The notes: generated by a model from the sequence alone, not told the origin. Positions 47,837-58,729 are shown, counted from the stretch's first letter. The stretch: 64,000 nucleotides of DNA from Gammaproteobacteria bacterium (GCA_965221695.1 OZ244905.1:832001-896000), one strand, 5' to 3'. Translations and numbers: made by a program.

Positions 47837-48631
47837 TCAGGACGCAGAGGAGTCCCGACACAACAACTTGCTCCGGGCCGCCTTCAGCTCCGAGTCAGAT
47901 AACTGAGCTAAGGCCGTCTTCTCCAAATAACCGACCTCCTGGCGAATAATACGAAACGTATTGTCGGCCCCCTCCAACCATACGTAGTATCCACACACCA
48001 ATAGACTCTCATATGAGCCCTCAAAGTCCGTAGCTACGTAGATACTCGGCTCAGGTGCGCCGGGTGGGTCGACATAGACAGTTACCCGCCATATATCGAT
48101 TGCCCGAAACGCTCCATACTTACTTCGAAACTGCACCTGCTCAGCCTTCCGGCACTTAAACGGTGACGAGCTCTGGAGAAATTCCGATAACATTGCATAA
48201 GCCTTGTCGAATTGTTCAGTATCCACCCAATCCAGGTAAGAGTGTGTCAGGCGAGTTGTCATCCGCTCAATGTCTGCCCGTTCCTGCAGATCAAGCGACC
48301 TGCTCGGTCCACCAACTTCTTCATGTTTGCCGCCACAGATGACATCCTGAACAAGAACAATTTCTTCACCTGGCGCCGTTTCGCTAATAGCCTCCCTCAT
48401 TGAGAATTGATATCTTCCAAACTGCGGCACAAGCTCACCACATACATCGATAGCTGTTGCAAGCAGAAGCTACTGCCCTTCTCCCACGCCAATTGCTTCT
48501 TCAATGGTTAACCTCAGTTGGTAAGTATCCTCCGATTGTTGCGTGATATTAATCTCAGGCTCACCTTTAGCTGCCGATACAAGCAGAAATACCAGGGCAA
48601 CGCTTGTTGCCAGTACGTTCATTTCTTTCAT
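47837..48631 (-). pseudogene. Exported DUF4019-like protein interrupted by one in-frame TAG (48470-48472)
   Basis: The upstream ORF with a signal peptide (MKEMNVLATSVALVFLLVSAAKG) is in frame with ORF 47837..48430: GEGQ*LLLATAIDVCGELVPQF. Confidence 0.6.
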
Positions 48632-48748
48632 TCGATGTTGCCCTGTTTTACCAGTCTGGATAGCTCGCAAACCATTGAAAAAGGGTCTCTATCTCACGCA
48701 TAATATGAGCGTTATCAATAGCTTACATTAACTTGAAAAGAAGGCCCC

Positions 48749-48968
48749 ATGAATACAGAGTGTACGGCAACCCAACTTGAATTTCAATGCTTTGGTCGAC
48801 AGCAGGTGACCGGCCAATTTGACAGTGGTCGGCTCACCTAGGACGCTGGCGGCCTGCTACTTCGAGAGGTAGCACAGTGCCTGGACCTGTTCGCCCTTCA
48901 GGCCGGGTGTTTTACGGATTATCGCCAGGCCGGGATGGTGAAGCATCCGGTACGGTCATTGTCGCCCT
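48749..48968 (+). mobile_element. IS1380-family transposase N-terminal remnant
   Basis: MNTECTATQLEFQCFGRQQVTGQFDSGRLT*DAGGLLLREV...FTDYR..GMVKH; TAG at 48839 in the TSDAGGLLL motif; truncated. Confidence 0.75.
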
Positions 48969-48978
48969 ATGTAACGAT

Positions 48979-49070
48979 CTATACATATTGATCCGTTCAT
49001 GTATAGAAAATAAACATTTTGTTGACATGACGGATGGTTATGTATAAAAAGTAATCACTTTCTATACATA
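48979..49070. promoter_or_regulatory. Tandem ATGTATA-N16-T(A/T)(T/G)ACAT boxes over the Fic promoter
   Basis: Boxes at 48999-49028 and 49040-49069 (41-bp period), half site at 48980; TTGACA at 49022. Confidence 0.45.
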
Positions 49071-49089
49071 TAGGACTAATGTGGATACC

Positions 49090-50196
49090 ATGACAAACCA
49101 AGGTACCATCGCACTGTTACCACCCACCTCCGAACTAGAATCTCGTTCGGTCCTGAAACGTCTCGCCACGGCTCACCGCTATCTGGCGGAACTCAAGGGC
49201 TTGGCGGCCACCATCCCCAACGAGCATATCCTGATTAACACTCTTGCCCTGCAGGAGGCCAAGGACAGCTCCGAGATCGAAAACATCATCACCACCCACG
49301 ACGATCTCTACAAAGCCGACCTGTTTGCGGATTATATAAAGAATCCAGCTGCCAAGGAGGTCAGCCGCTACGCCTCCGCCCTGAAGATCGCCTTCGAGCA
49401 GGTGAAACGCGACTGGCTGCTGACCATCAATCGGATTGTCGAGATTCACCGGGTACTGGAGCAAAATGATGCTGGCTTTCGCAAGCTGCCCGGCACAGCT
49501 CTCAAAAACGAGCGCACCGGTGAGACTGTTTATACCCCGCCGCAGGATCACCGGGAAATTGTACGCCTGATGAGCAACCTGGAGCAGTTCATCAATGACG
49601 ACGCTCTCTGTGATGTAGATAGTCTGATCAAGATGGCGGTAATCCACCACCAGTTCGAAAGCATCCATCCCTTTTATGACGGTAACGGCCGTACCGGACG
49701 CATCATAAATATCCTCTACCTGGTGGCTAAGGGACTGCTCGATATTCCCGTACTCTATCTCAGCCGCTACATCATCCGAAACAAGGCGGACTATTACCGC
49801 CTGCTGCAGGCCACGCGCGACACTGGCGACTGGGAACCCTGGATCCTCTACATGTTGGAAGGTATTGAACTCACCTCGCGCCAAACTATCTGGATCATCC
49901 AGCAGATCAAAGAAATCATGATGACCTATAAGCATCGTATCCGTTCGGAGCTGCCGAAGATCTACAGTCAGGACCTGCTCAATAATTTGTTCTGTCACCC
50001 ATATACCAAGATCGAATCGGTCCAGAAAGAACTGCGCGTCTCGCGCCTCACGGCAGTCAAATACCTTGAACTGCTGACAGAAAAGGGTTTCATCGAAAAA
50101 CACAAGATCGGTCGTTACAACTACTATGTCAACAGACCGCTGATGGGCATCTTCAAGGAGATACCTGACCTGCCGAGAGTTGTTGAGCCGCAATGA
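49090..50196 (+). CDS. Fic/DOC family adenylyltransferase (SoFic-like, class II)
   Basis: SSEIEN inhibitory motif, HPFYDGNGRTGR, C-terminal HTH. Confidence 0.92.
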   Translation: MTNQGTIALLPPTSELESRSVLKRLATAHRYLAELKGLAATIPNEHILINTLALQEAKDSSEIENIITTHDDLYKADLFADYIKNPAAKEVSRYASALKIAFEQVKRDWLLTINRIVEIHRVLEQNDAGFRKLPGTALKNERTGETVYTPPQDHREIVRLMSNLEQFINDDALCDVDSLIKMAVIHHQFESIHPFYDGNGRTGRIINILYLVAKGLLDIPVLYLSRYIIRNKADYYRLLQATRDTGDWEPWILYMLEGIELTSRQTIWIIQQIKEIMMTYKHRIRSELPKIYSQDLLNNLFCHPYTKIESVQKELRVSRLTAVKYLELLTEKGFIEKHKIGRYNYYVNRPLMGIFKEIPDLPRVVEPQ

Positions 50197-51049
50197 GGAG
50201 ACTGGAAGGATATGGGTATCAGGTTTCTATGGCGAAAATTCTGGTCAACGCTGAGAGGAGCAAGCTGAATCGTTATGAACCGGAGTGAAGTGGCTGAACC
50301 AAGAGAAAAGAATGATGTGTTGGATACCCAACTTTGGCTGGACGGTAGCCCTTTTGTCAAACGGGCATCTCGATTATGAATCTTGATAATCTGAAGCGCA
50401 TCAATGAGAAATCAATAAGAATGCCACATGTACGCTTGTTCTTGATGATTCGCGTACTATCTATCGTCGTTGTCAAGGCAGGATGAATTGGACGGCGTCG
50501 AATAGCCGACAGATAGTAGTGGCGTTACACTTTCGACAAGGTAGTAGCGTTCCCGCACAGGCGCGATGCGGCCGGGTTCGGGGTTAATCGGGCTAAGCAC
50601 CGTTACCCCGTTGACCCAAAGCACAATGCGGCACCAAATGTGCCCGCTTCCCCTCGGCCTGACCACCACGGTGACCACACCGTTGTCGGCCACAGTCGAC
50701 CCGATCACCGCATTGAAGCGACAAAACCGGCCAACGCCAGGTTATACGCGGCGTTTGCCCAATTGATAGACCCGTATCACTGCCTGTTTGACTGCCGACC
50801 GTCGAATCGGTCGCCTCGGTCCCCGATATCCAGCCGTATTGAGCTTATTACAGAACCTGTTGAGAAATCGGTAATGAGATATTTAGGCGAGAAACAGGTC
50901 GCCATCGGTAATATGGCGTGTCCAGAGTAACACCCCCCCGGTCCTGGTCAGACCCGCGCACAAGGATAACACTGGCGGCTAATTTGATGCTGGACATTGC
51001 GCCAGTATACTGCGAACACCTAATTAAGTCAGGGTTTCCGGCAAGCAGT

Positions 51050-52480
51050 CTACGCCTGTTTCAGCAATGGCGCGGTCAGCGGCCATGGCGCGGCTTGCTC
51101 AAGTTGTCGCGCCAGTTGCAGCAGGGTGGCCTCCGCGCCGTAGCGACCAACAAATTGTACCCCCAACGGCAGTCCATTGGTGTTCTGGTGTAACGGCAGC
51201 GAGATTGCCGGTTGTCCTGTCATGTTAAACAGTGGTGTAAACGGGCAGAATTCAAAAGTACGGTTTGACCATGCTTTGGCATCCAGGCCGGGGGCATTGG
51301 CATTGATGACACCCACCGGCAGCGGCGGCTGGGCCACGGTAGGTGTGAGCAGGATATCGCATTCCTGAAAGAATCCGCCGATACCCCGGCATACCTGGTT
51401 CGCGACTGCCTGGGCCTTGAGCAAAGCTTCCGCCTTGACCTGCTTGCCTTCCCGGTAACAGGCAAGCGTGGTTGCCTCAAGATGCTCTTCATCCACGGGC
51501 CGGCCGGTGAGCATAGCCGCATAATCTATGAAAACGGCCAGGTTCGCCGCCCACAGCACGACGGTTGCCTCGAAAAACTGCTCCCAGTCGAGTCGGGGCC
51601 TGGCCTCGATGACCTGGTGTCCCAGTTGTTCGCAAAGTTGCGCGGTCTTCGGTATTGTATCCTTGACCTCTCCGTCAACTTCCACGCCTGACCAGGCTTC
51701 GTTCATCCAAGCAATTGTCAACGATCCGGGGCCTTTCAACATGCTGCTCGCATAGGCTTCCCCGGGTATCGGAATCTCGAAAGGATCGCCAATGCCAGGG
51801 CCTTTGACGGCGTCGAGCAGGGCTGCCGCATCCCTGATCGTCCTGGTAACGGCAAATTCCACTGCCAGGCCGCTCAACGGCTCGCCGCTGTCCGGACCGC
51901 TCGGTACCCTGCCCCGGGTCGGCTTCAGGCCGACGAGGCCGCAGCAGGAGGCTGGTATGCGAATGGAACCACCACCGTCATTGGCATGAGCCAGCGGAAT
52001 GATACCGGCGGCAACCGATGCGGCCGTGGCCCCGCTTGAACCTCCCGGCATTCTTGCCAAGTCCCAGGGATTGCGCGAAGGGCCGTTGACCAGCGGTTCA
52101 GTGGTGGGACAATAACCGAATTCCGGCGTGGCTGCCCGGCCTATTGTGCGAAGGCCGGCCTGGCGAAACCGCTGCATCAGGTCAGTATCGTGTTGCGCCC
52201 GGATACCCTGGGCCAACCTGCTGCCCATCTCATTCAGCACACCTTCGGCGCGCAGCCCCAGGTCTTTGATAAGAAAAGGCACACCGAAGAAAGGCGCATC
52301 GGCATTGTGCGAACCTGCCAAGGGTTCGGGAAAGATTTCAATAATGGTGTTGATTTTCGGATTGAGCAGGTCCGCCATCTGCAGCGCGCAGGCCAGCGCT
52401 TCTTCATCACTGACCTCTTTGTTGCGGATCAGCTCGGCGAGTCCGAGTCCATCATAGGACATGTATTCCGTTAGTTTCAT
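51050..52480 (-). CDS. Amidase (amidase-signature family)
   Basis: GVPFLIKDL, PGGSSG, NDGGGSIRIPA..CGLVGLKP. Confidence 0.92.
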   Translation of the reverse strand: MKLTEYMSYDGLGLAELIRNKEVSDEEALACALQMADLLNPKINTIIEIFPEPLAGSHNADAPFFGVPFLIKDLGLRAEGVLNEMGSRLAQGIRAQHDTDLMQRFRQAGLRTIGRAATPEFGYCPTTEPLVNGPSRNPWDLARMPGGSSGATAASVAAGIIPLAHANDGGGSIRIPASCCGLVGLKPTRGRVPSGPDSGEPLSGLAVEFAVTRTIRDAAALLDAVKGPGIGDPFEIPIPGEAYASSMLKGPGSLTIAWMNEAWSGVEVDGEVKDTIPKTAQLCEQLGHQVIEARPRLDWEQFFEATVVLWAANLAVFIDYAAMLTGRPVDEEHLEATTLACYREGKQVKAEALLKAQAVANQVCRGIGGFFQECDILLTPTVAQPPLPVGVINANAPGLDAKAWSNRTFEFCPFTPLFNMTGQPAISLPLHQNTNGLPLGVQFVGRYGAEATLLQLARQLEQAAPWPLTAPLLKQA

Positions 52481-52555
52481 TTCTCCCACACTGTATAGCG
52501 CGTTCCTGTATGCGGACTTTGCAATTTACTGCTATATTGCGCGGATTGCAAGAAA

Positions 52556-53581
52556 ATGTACCACGCATCCAAATATTTCAATCCATACCTGTGGCTATTG
52601 CTGTTTTCGCTGGCTGCTCCGCAAACCTGCCACGCCGAAAAGAAGCTAGTCATAGGACTGGCCATGCCGGAACACGTTCCTGCCATGAAGCTGGTCAACG
52701 GCATGTATGAAACTTTTCGGGATGAGGCGCACACCAATGCAAACGGTGAGATCAAGGTAGAAATCTATTACGGCGGCATGCTCGGCAATGCGGACTCCCG
52801 CCTGCGTCAGGTGCGGGCCGGCATTATTCACATGAGCGATCCGGCAATCGGAAACCTGGCGACACTCTACCCCGACATACAGGTATTCAGCCTGCCCTAC
52901 CTGTTCCAGGACACTGATGATGCCTGGAAAATTCTGGATGGACCTACTGGCAACAGACTGGTCCAGGGTCTCAGGCAAATGACGGGGCTTCATATACTCG
53001 GGTGGTTTATTACCGGAGATTTTTCCCACTACAGTTCAAACCAGCCCATAAAAAATGCGTCTGATCTGGTCGGTCAAAAAATCCGTGTCCTGTCCCCAAT
53101 CGACGCGATAGCAGTCAGGGCGCATGGAGCCTCTCCTTTGCCAATACCGTTTAATGAATTGTACACTGCACTCAAGATCGGGGTTGCAGACGGCATGGAA
53201 CAGAACCTGTGGGTGATTGACACACTCAGGTTTTACGAGGTTCAGAAATACCTGTACCTCGATAAACATCGTCTGCCTCTGGCCGTGATGGTCATGAATG
53301 CGGAATTCTTTGATGGTCTTCCGATCCGCCTGCAACAGGTAATACGGCGCGCGGCCGGGAAAGGGATCGCCTACAACCGCAGCATGATGAAAGAACTTGA
53401 ACCGGACCTGCCGCGCAGACTGGAAGCTGCCGGAGTCACTATTACCAGGCCATCACTCGAAGAGATGGAAGCCCTCGCCGAACCGGCGCTGTCCGCTTCC
53501 ATTGGCTACCTGCGCGGGAAAATGCTGGATCCGACGCTTCTGGATGAAGTAATTATGGCGAGCAGGTTTGCCGGTCATTGA
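52556..53581 (+). CDS. dctP: TRAP transporter substrate-binding protein
   Basis: Signal peptide, LPYLF, GQKIRV, ELYTALK.GV.DG.E. Confidence 0.88.
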   Translation: MYHASKYFNPYLWLLLFSLAAPQTCHAEKKLVIGLAMPEHVPAMKLVNGMYETFRDEAHTNANGEIKVEIYYGGMLGNADSRLRQVRAGIIHMSDPAIGNLATLYPDIQVFSLPYLFQDTDDAWKILDGPTGNRLVQGLRQMTGLHILGWFITGDFSHYSSNQPIKNASDLVGQKIRVLSPIDAIAVRAHGASPLPIPFNELYTALKIGVADGMEQNLWVIDTLRFYEVQKYLYLDKHRLPLAVMVMNAEFFDGLPIRLQQVIRRAAGKGIAYNRSMMKELEPDLPRRLEAAGVTITRPSLEEMEALAEPALSASIGYLRGKMLDPTLLDEVIMASRFAGH

Positions 53582-54059
53582 TTCCGTGTCGCGGTTTGAA
53601 ACGATGATTGAAATGCTGGACCGGACGCTCCGGCTGCTTGCCGGCGCCAGCCTGGCGCTGGTGTTCCTGATCATAATCATACAGGTCGCCATGCGTTACG
53701 TATTTCAGACCGTGCCGTTTTTCATGGAGGAAGCCGCGCGGTACCTCTGTATCTGGGGCGTATTTTCGGGTATGGCGTCCGCCATCGTTCATAGCGCACA
53801 TATACGGGTTGGCGTACTGCGAGATATTTTCAACCGCTTGACAGGAAATTCGTTTGGATTATTTCTCGAATCGATTTGTTTCTTCCTGTACGCGCTTGTC
53901 GCCGGGTACGGATTCAAACTGATGCAGTTTCTGCATATTGAAAAAAGCATCGCCCTGGGAATCCCCCTGTCAATACCGGTTTCCGCAATACCTGTTTTTT
54001 TTACGGCTGCCGCAATCATATCCATAGCCCGCATCCTTAACTATCGGTTTAAGCCATGA
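53568..54059 (+). CDS. dctQ: TRAP small permease
   Basis: QVAMRYVF, EEAARY, HIRV, 4 TM helices. Confidence 0.85.
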   Translation: MPVIDSVSRFETMIEMLDRTLRLLAGASLALVFLIIIIQVAMRYVFQTVPFFMEEAARYLCIWGVFSGMASAIVHSAHIRVGVLRDIFNRLTGNSFGLFLESICFFLYALVAGYGFKLMQFLHIEKSIALGIPLSIPVSAIPVFFTAAAIISIARILNYRFKP

Positions 54060-55345
54060 GCAGTTCCCTTATGGTCCTGATAACGGTCTTCCTGTTATTG
54101 ATCCTGGCAGGCATGCCTATTGCTTGGGCGATGCTGTGCGCGTCGATCTCCTGGATTATCCTTACCGGCAATTACCATTTTCTGCAAATTATTCCCCAGC
54201 GCCTGTTCGAGGGTATCGACGTGTTTGTGCTGCTGGCCATCCCCCTGTTCGTGCTGACAGGCGAAATCATCAACACAGGCAAGGTCACCGACAAGCTAAT
54301 CAATATGGCCGACATCTGTTTCGGCCGGCTGCGCGGCGGCCTGGCACAGGTCAACATCGGCACATCGATACTCTTTTCCGGCATTACGGGCACGGCGGTC
54401 GGGGATGTCGCAGCCTTGGGCAGGGTCTTTGTCCCGGCAATGATCCGACAGGGTTATCCGGGATCTTATGCGGCCGCCGTCACGGCGGCTTCATCGATTG
54501 TCGGCCCGATGGTACCACCTTCACTGGTTATCATTGTATACGGCGCGGCAACCGGCATGTCCATCGGCGCAATGTTTGCCGCCTGTGTCATTCCCGGCAT
54601 ACTGGTTGGGGCCATGCAGATGCTGCTGGTCGTGGCTCTGCCGCAAGCGGCTTCCCGGCGCAGGAATATCGATCGATCCTTTCCCGCCGTGGTAAGCGCC
54701 AGCCGCGCGGCTGTCGTTCCTCTGATGATACCTGTCATCATCGTTGTCTGTATCATCAGCGGGATCGCCACGCCCACCGAAGCCGGCGCCATAGCGGTAT
54801 GTTATACCCTGGTCATCACCCTACTCCTGTACCGGACACTCAAGCTGAACAACCTGCCGGGCATCTTCTCGCGGGCAATGGTATTTTCGTCGCAACTGAT
54901 GATACTGGTCGGGTGCGGTTCAGTACTTTCCTGGATTTTAGCCATGGAGCGCGTGCCGGACCTGTTGAACTCCTTCCTCGTTTCCATGAACATGTCCGCC
55001 ATATCAAGCCTGGTCTTTCTGAATATGTTCTTATTGATCGCCGGCATGTTTATCGATACCGCCGCGGCCATCATCCTGTTTTCACCCCTGCTTCTGGCGG
55101 CGGCATCCAATGTTGGAATCCATCCGTTACATTTTTCCGTGATAATGATACTGAACCTCAATATAGGCCTGCTCACGCCACCCCTGGGGATCTGCCTGCT
55201 GACTGCCGAAAGAATTGCCGATTGTGAGTTGCCGGCATTGATCAAGGCGCTGACGCCGTTCCTGCTGGTAAATATAATCGCTCTATTGCTCGTCACTTAC
55301 ATACCGGAAATCAGTCTTTTATTGCCCCGTTATCTCGGTTATTGA
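54056..55345 (+). CDS. dctM: TRAP large permease
   Basis: LLAIPLF, GGLAQVNI, PPS, TPTEA, GLLTPPLG. Confidence 0.9.
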   Translation: MSSSLMVLITVFLLLILAGMPIAWAMLCASISWIILTGNYHFLQIIPQRLFEGIDVFVLLAIPLFVLTGEIINTGKVTDKLINMADICFGRLRGGLAQVNIGTSILFSGITGTAVGDVAALGRVFVPAMIRQGYPGSYAAAVTAASSIVGPMVPPSLVIIVYGAATGMSIGAMFAACVIPGILVGAMQMLLVVALPQAASRRRNIDRSFPAVVSASRAAVVPLMIPVIIVVCIISGIATPTEAGAIAVCYTLVITLLLYRTLKLNNLPGIFSRAMVFSSQLMILVGCGSVLSWILAMERVPDLLNSFLVSMNMSAISSLVFLNMFLLIAGMFIDTAAAIILFSPLLLAAASNVGIHPLHFSVIMILNLNIGLLTPPLGICLLTAERIADCELPALIKALTPFLLVNIIALLLVTYIPEISLLLPRYLGY

Positions 55346-55411
55346 GGAGCCTCCCACAGGGGTATGATTAATTTTGCCCTCAAACTTACCAATCAGCAAA
55401 GGAGAAACACC

Positions 55412-55852
55412 ATGACCCTGACCGACCCACTTTGCCATACGGCGACACTTCCCCTTCCCGTCCCCGCGCTGGAAGCGTTTGAATTTATGACGGATGCAGA
55501 AATGATGGGCCAATGGGCATTCGGCGCGTGGGGACTGAAACCTGTCGGAAACGGCATATTCATCGGGCGCAGCATGTTTGAAGACATGGAGGCCTATTGC
55601 CGCCTGAACGCCTGCCGCGAGCTGCTGCAAATAGATTACGAGGTTGGCGTAGACCCGGCCAACCTGGCTGCGCGTATCATCTCCAGGATCATCCCCGGGG
55701 AACACCTCGGCAGAGGCGCCGGCAACTGCCTGGTGAGCCTGATTGTCTGGCGCAGCGAGGCGGTGAGCGATGATCGCTGGCAGCTTACCTGCGTGTCACA
55801 TGAGATCGAAGTTTTTCGTATCAGGCATCTGATTGAAAGCCGGCGCTGCTAG
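55412..55852 (+). CDS. Hypothetical protein, SRPBCC/START-like fold possible
   Basis: AAGGAG RBS; AFEFMTD..WAFG pattern. Confidence 0.6.
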   Translation: MTLTDPLCHTATLPLPVPALEAFEFMTDAEMMGQWAFGAWGLKPVGNGIFIGRSMFEDMEAYCRLNACRELLQIDYEVGVDPANLAARIISRIIPGEHLGRGAGNCLVSLIVWRSEAVSDDRWQLTCVSHEIEVFRIRHLIESRRC

Positions 55853-55911
55853 CCCGCATTTCTCGCCAGCTCGCTTGAGGCAAGACGATAATCCTGACCG
55901 CCACAGTCCGC

Positions 55912-57009
55912 TCACAAGTTTTTCAACAGCGGTTCCACCGCGCCGATCAGCGCGTCCTGGTGCGGCTGTAACGGATGGCCTCCCAGGCCCGCCAGTACCG
56001 GTTCAAAGGGGTCTTCAACACCACTGCTGATGCCGGATAACTGTTCCATCACCGCAAGGCCGAAGAACGGTACCGTATGACCACTGTAGCCGCCTTCGTG
56101 GCACATTACCAGGCGACCGCCGCATACCTCGGCCGCGACTTGCATCATCTTTGCGGTTAGGCTGCGGTAGGCTTCGCTGGTCAGCATCTGCCGGCCCAGG
56201 GGGTCGTGCGCCCCCGCATCGAACCCGGACGGAACGATGATGAAATCCGGCTTGTATTGTTGCAGCGCCGGGACAACGATGCGGTCATAAACGGCTTCGT
56301 ATGCGCCGACTCCCGACCCCGGCGGCAGCGGCACGTTAATGTTGTAGCCGGCGCCGGCGCCTTCTCCGGTTTCGCTGATGTGGCCTGAATCCGGCGGAAA
56401 ACAATTATCCTGGTGCACCGAGATAGTCAGGGCCGCGGGGTTTTCCCAGAATGCAGCCTGGGTGCCGTTGCCGTGGTGCACGTCCCAGTCGACTATCGCG
56501 ATACGATCCAGTTTACGCGCTTCAAGCAAGTGCATGCCGGCTATGGCCGCATTACCGAATATGCAAAAGCCCATACCCATGTCGGCCAGCGCGTGGTGTC
56601 CTGGCGGTCGCACCAGCGCATAGGCGTTGTCCACCTTGCCGTCCAGCACCGCATCGACCGCCTCGATCACGCCGCCGGCAGACAGACGGGCAATTTCGAA
56701 GCTACCGCGCCCCATTGCGGTGAAAAAACCCGTCTCCGACAGGTACTGGTCGTTCTGCGCTTCGATCCTCTGGTAATACTCCGGGGTATGGAACCGGCAG
56801 ATCTCCGCTTGTGTCGCCTCCCGCGGCTCGATATGAACCAGGTCTTTCAGAATACCGCTGACGTCCAGCAGGTTGCGTATGCGGCGCTTGGTTTCCTGGT
56901 GCTCCGCATGCACATACGGCTGCACCGGGTTGCCGAAAGGCATGAAGGCCGCAAAGTTGCCGTTCTCATGCCACATGTAAAGTTCGTGATAGACAAAGCC
57001 TGTTGCCAT
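55912..57009 (-). CDS. Class II HDAC-family deacetylase/amidohydrolase
   Basis: RPPGHH, GFC.F.N, DWDVHHGNGTQ, GFDA..DPLG, HEGGY. Confidence 0.93.
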   Translation of the reverse strand: MATGFVYHELYMWHENGNFAAFMPFGNPVQPYVHAEHQETKRRIRNLLDVSGILKDLVHIEPREATQAEICRFHTPEYYQRIEAQNDQYLSETGFFTAMGRGSFEIARLSAGGVIEAVDAVLDGKVDNAYALVRPPGHHALADMGMGFCIFGNAAIAGMHLLEARKLDRIAIVDWDVHHGNGTQAAFWENPAALTISVHQDNCFPPDSGHISETGEGAGAGYNINVPLPPGSGVGAYEAVYDRIVVPALQQYKPDFIIVPSGFDAGAHDPLGRQMLTSEAYRSLTAKMMQVAAEVCGGRLVMCHEGGYSGHTVPFFGLAVMEQLSGISSGVEDPFEPVLAGLGGHPLQPHQDALIGAVEPLLKNL

Positions 57010-57435
57010 GTGAGACCTCTTGATGTGTATGGAGTTTTATGAATTGTAAGATCGTTCCCCGGAAGATGTCCATGATAACACCATCAGTTTTTCGTCTGAC
57101 CAGGATTTCCCGCATCACCCAGAGACAAATACGGTTTGCTTATTATTGAGCCGGAAGGGGAAGCAGTCCGCCGACCAGGAAGGCGTCAATATTGAATTGA
57201 TGCACTTCATTCGACCCGGCGAATACGATGTTGCCGCGTAAAGCATCCAGGCAATCGACAACCCGCGTCAGCCCCGAGAGCGAATTTACAACAGTTTCTC
57301 GGTACTTTCACCCGTAACACACGATTTATCCTGCGCCGGGAAATCAATCTTACCTCAGATAAAATTCTGGCATTAATGTTCTAAATCATTAAAATAGTCT
57401 GAGCTTGCCCGAAAAATTGACAACAGTTACCTATC

Positions 57436-58596
57436 ATGCTTAAACAATTATCCGGAATAATCCTGCTTCTAAGTATTTTCAGCATCGCCAGGGCGGAGTT
57501 GCCAAACGATGAGATAGGCAATGTAAACACCCTGCCTGTGCCCTACCCCAACGACTGGGTGATTGTCCATGACATTGCGTTCGACCACATGTCCGTGGGC
57601 CGCTTCATGGTGTTGGATGTCAACGGCGGGGATATCAAGAATTATTTCAAGGGGACTTTCAACGGCGGTTTTATTGCGGCCTTTGCCCGGTCGTTGAGCA
57701 GGTCGGAGATGTACGTGCTCGAGCATTATTATGATCGGGGCACGCGCGGAAACCGCGCCGACATGATCACCATCTACGATAAAGCCACCTTGAGCCCGGT
57801 CGATGAAATTATCCTCAGCGACCCCAAACTCAAGCGGGCCGAGATACTGGTCAGCAAGTTCGTCATCTCACTCATTGACAATGACAGGTTCCTGCTGTTC
57901 TACAGCTTCACCCCCGGCACCTTTGTTACCGTCGTGGACCTGGAAAAACGCGAGGTCGTTAACGGAGTCCCATTGCCGACCTGCGCCGGTATTTTTCCTA
58001 CCGGCCGGCGTGGCTTCAGCTCGCTGTGCGGTAATGGTTCCATGGTCAGCTTCCAGCTTGATGAGAACGGTCAGGTGACCGAGCAGAGCAAGATCGAACC
58101 GTTTTTTGACGTCGACAAAGATGCCCTGTTCGAGCGGCCCGCGATCATTGATGGCACTGGCTACTTTCCCAGCTTCAGCGGCCAGATACAAGAAATCGAC
58201 TTGAGCGGCGCCAGCGCCAGCCTGGGAGAGAAATGGAGCCTGGTAGATGAAGCGGACCGGGAACAGAACTGGCGTCCCGGCGGCGCCTGGCTGACCGCGA
58301 CGGACAGTACCGGGCGACTTTATGTGATGATGCACGCAGACGGTGGCGAAGGCTCCCATGATAATCCGGGCTCTGAGATCTGGGTGTTTGACACCACCGC
58401 CAAGGCCAGGGTGCAGCGCATACCGCTTACCTTGCCGGCCATCGCCTTCGACATCACCATGGGCGACTCGCCGAAGATTGTGACCACCAATATTGAAATG
58501 AAACTGGAAGTCTATGACGCCCAGTCAGGCGAGCACATCAATACTATCGCCGATTTCTACCATAATTGGCCGTTGCTGGTGTATGCATCGCCCTAG
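57436..58596 (+). CDS. mauB: TTQ amine dehydrogenase large (beta-propeller) subunit, MauB/AauB-like
   Basis: Signal peptide, YYDRGTRGNRAD, FTPGT.VTVVDL, FSSLCGNG, WRPGG, LYVMMH, EIWVFD. Confidence 0.8.
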   Translation: MLKQLSGIILLLSIFSIARAELPNDEIGNVNTLPVPYPNDWVIVHDIAFDHMSVGRFMVLDVNGGDIKNYFKGTFNGGFIAAFARSLSRSEMYVLEHYYDRGTRGNRADMITIYDKATLSPVDEIILSDPKLKRAEILVSKFVISLIDNDRFLLFYSFTPGTFVTVVDLEKREVVNGVPLPTCAGIFPTGRRGFSSLCGNGSMVSFQLDENGQVTEQSKIEPFFDVDKDALFERPAIIDGTGYFPSFSGQIQEIDLSGASASLGEKWSLVDEADREQNWRPGGAWLTATDSTGRLYVMMHADGGEGSHDNPGSEIWVFDTTAKARVQRIPLTLPAIAFDITMGDSPKIVTTNIEMKLEVYDAQSGEHINTIADFYHNWPLLVYASP

Positions 58597-58729
58597 TCCG
58601 GATAGTGCGCAAGTTCGCTTTAGGTAAGACAATAATGTATGCATACTCATAGAGTTATATGCCCGATGTTCACTTTCGTACTGTTGCAAACCCCAGTGGC
58701 GCAATATCCTTGTTAAGGAGCAATAGAAT

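Noticed and set aside
50855-50890. Possible IS1380 right end enclosing the Fic gene
   Set aside because: Only about 7 bp (tatctca) matches the presumed left end; too weak
57050-57330. Coding-like fragment (…EGVNIELMHFIRPGEYDVAA*…) between the deacetylase and mauB
   Set aside because: No start, internal stop and no recognisable family; needs BLASTX
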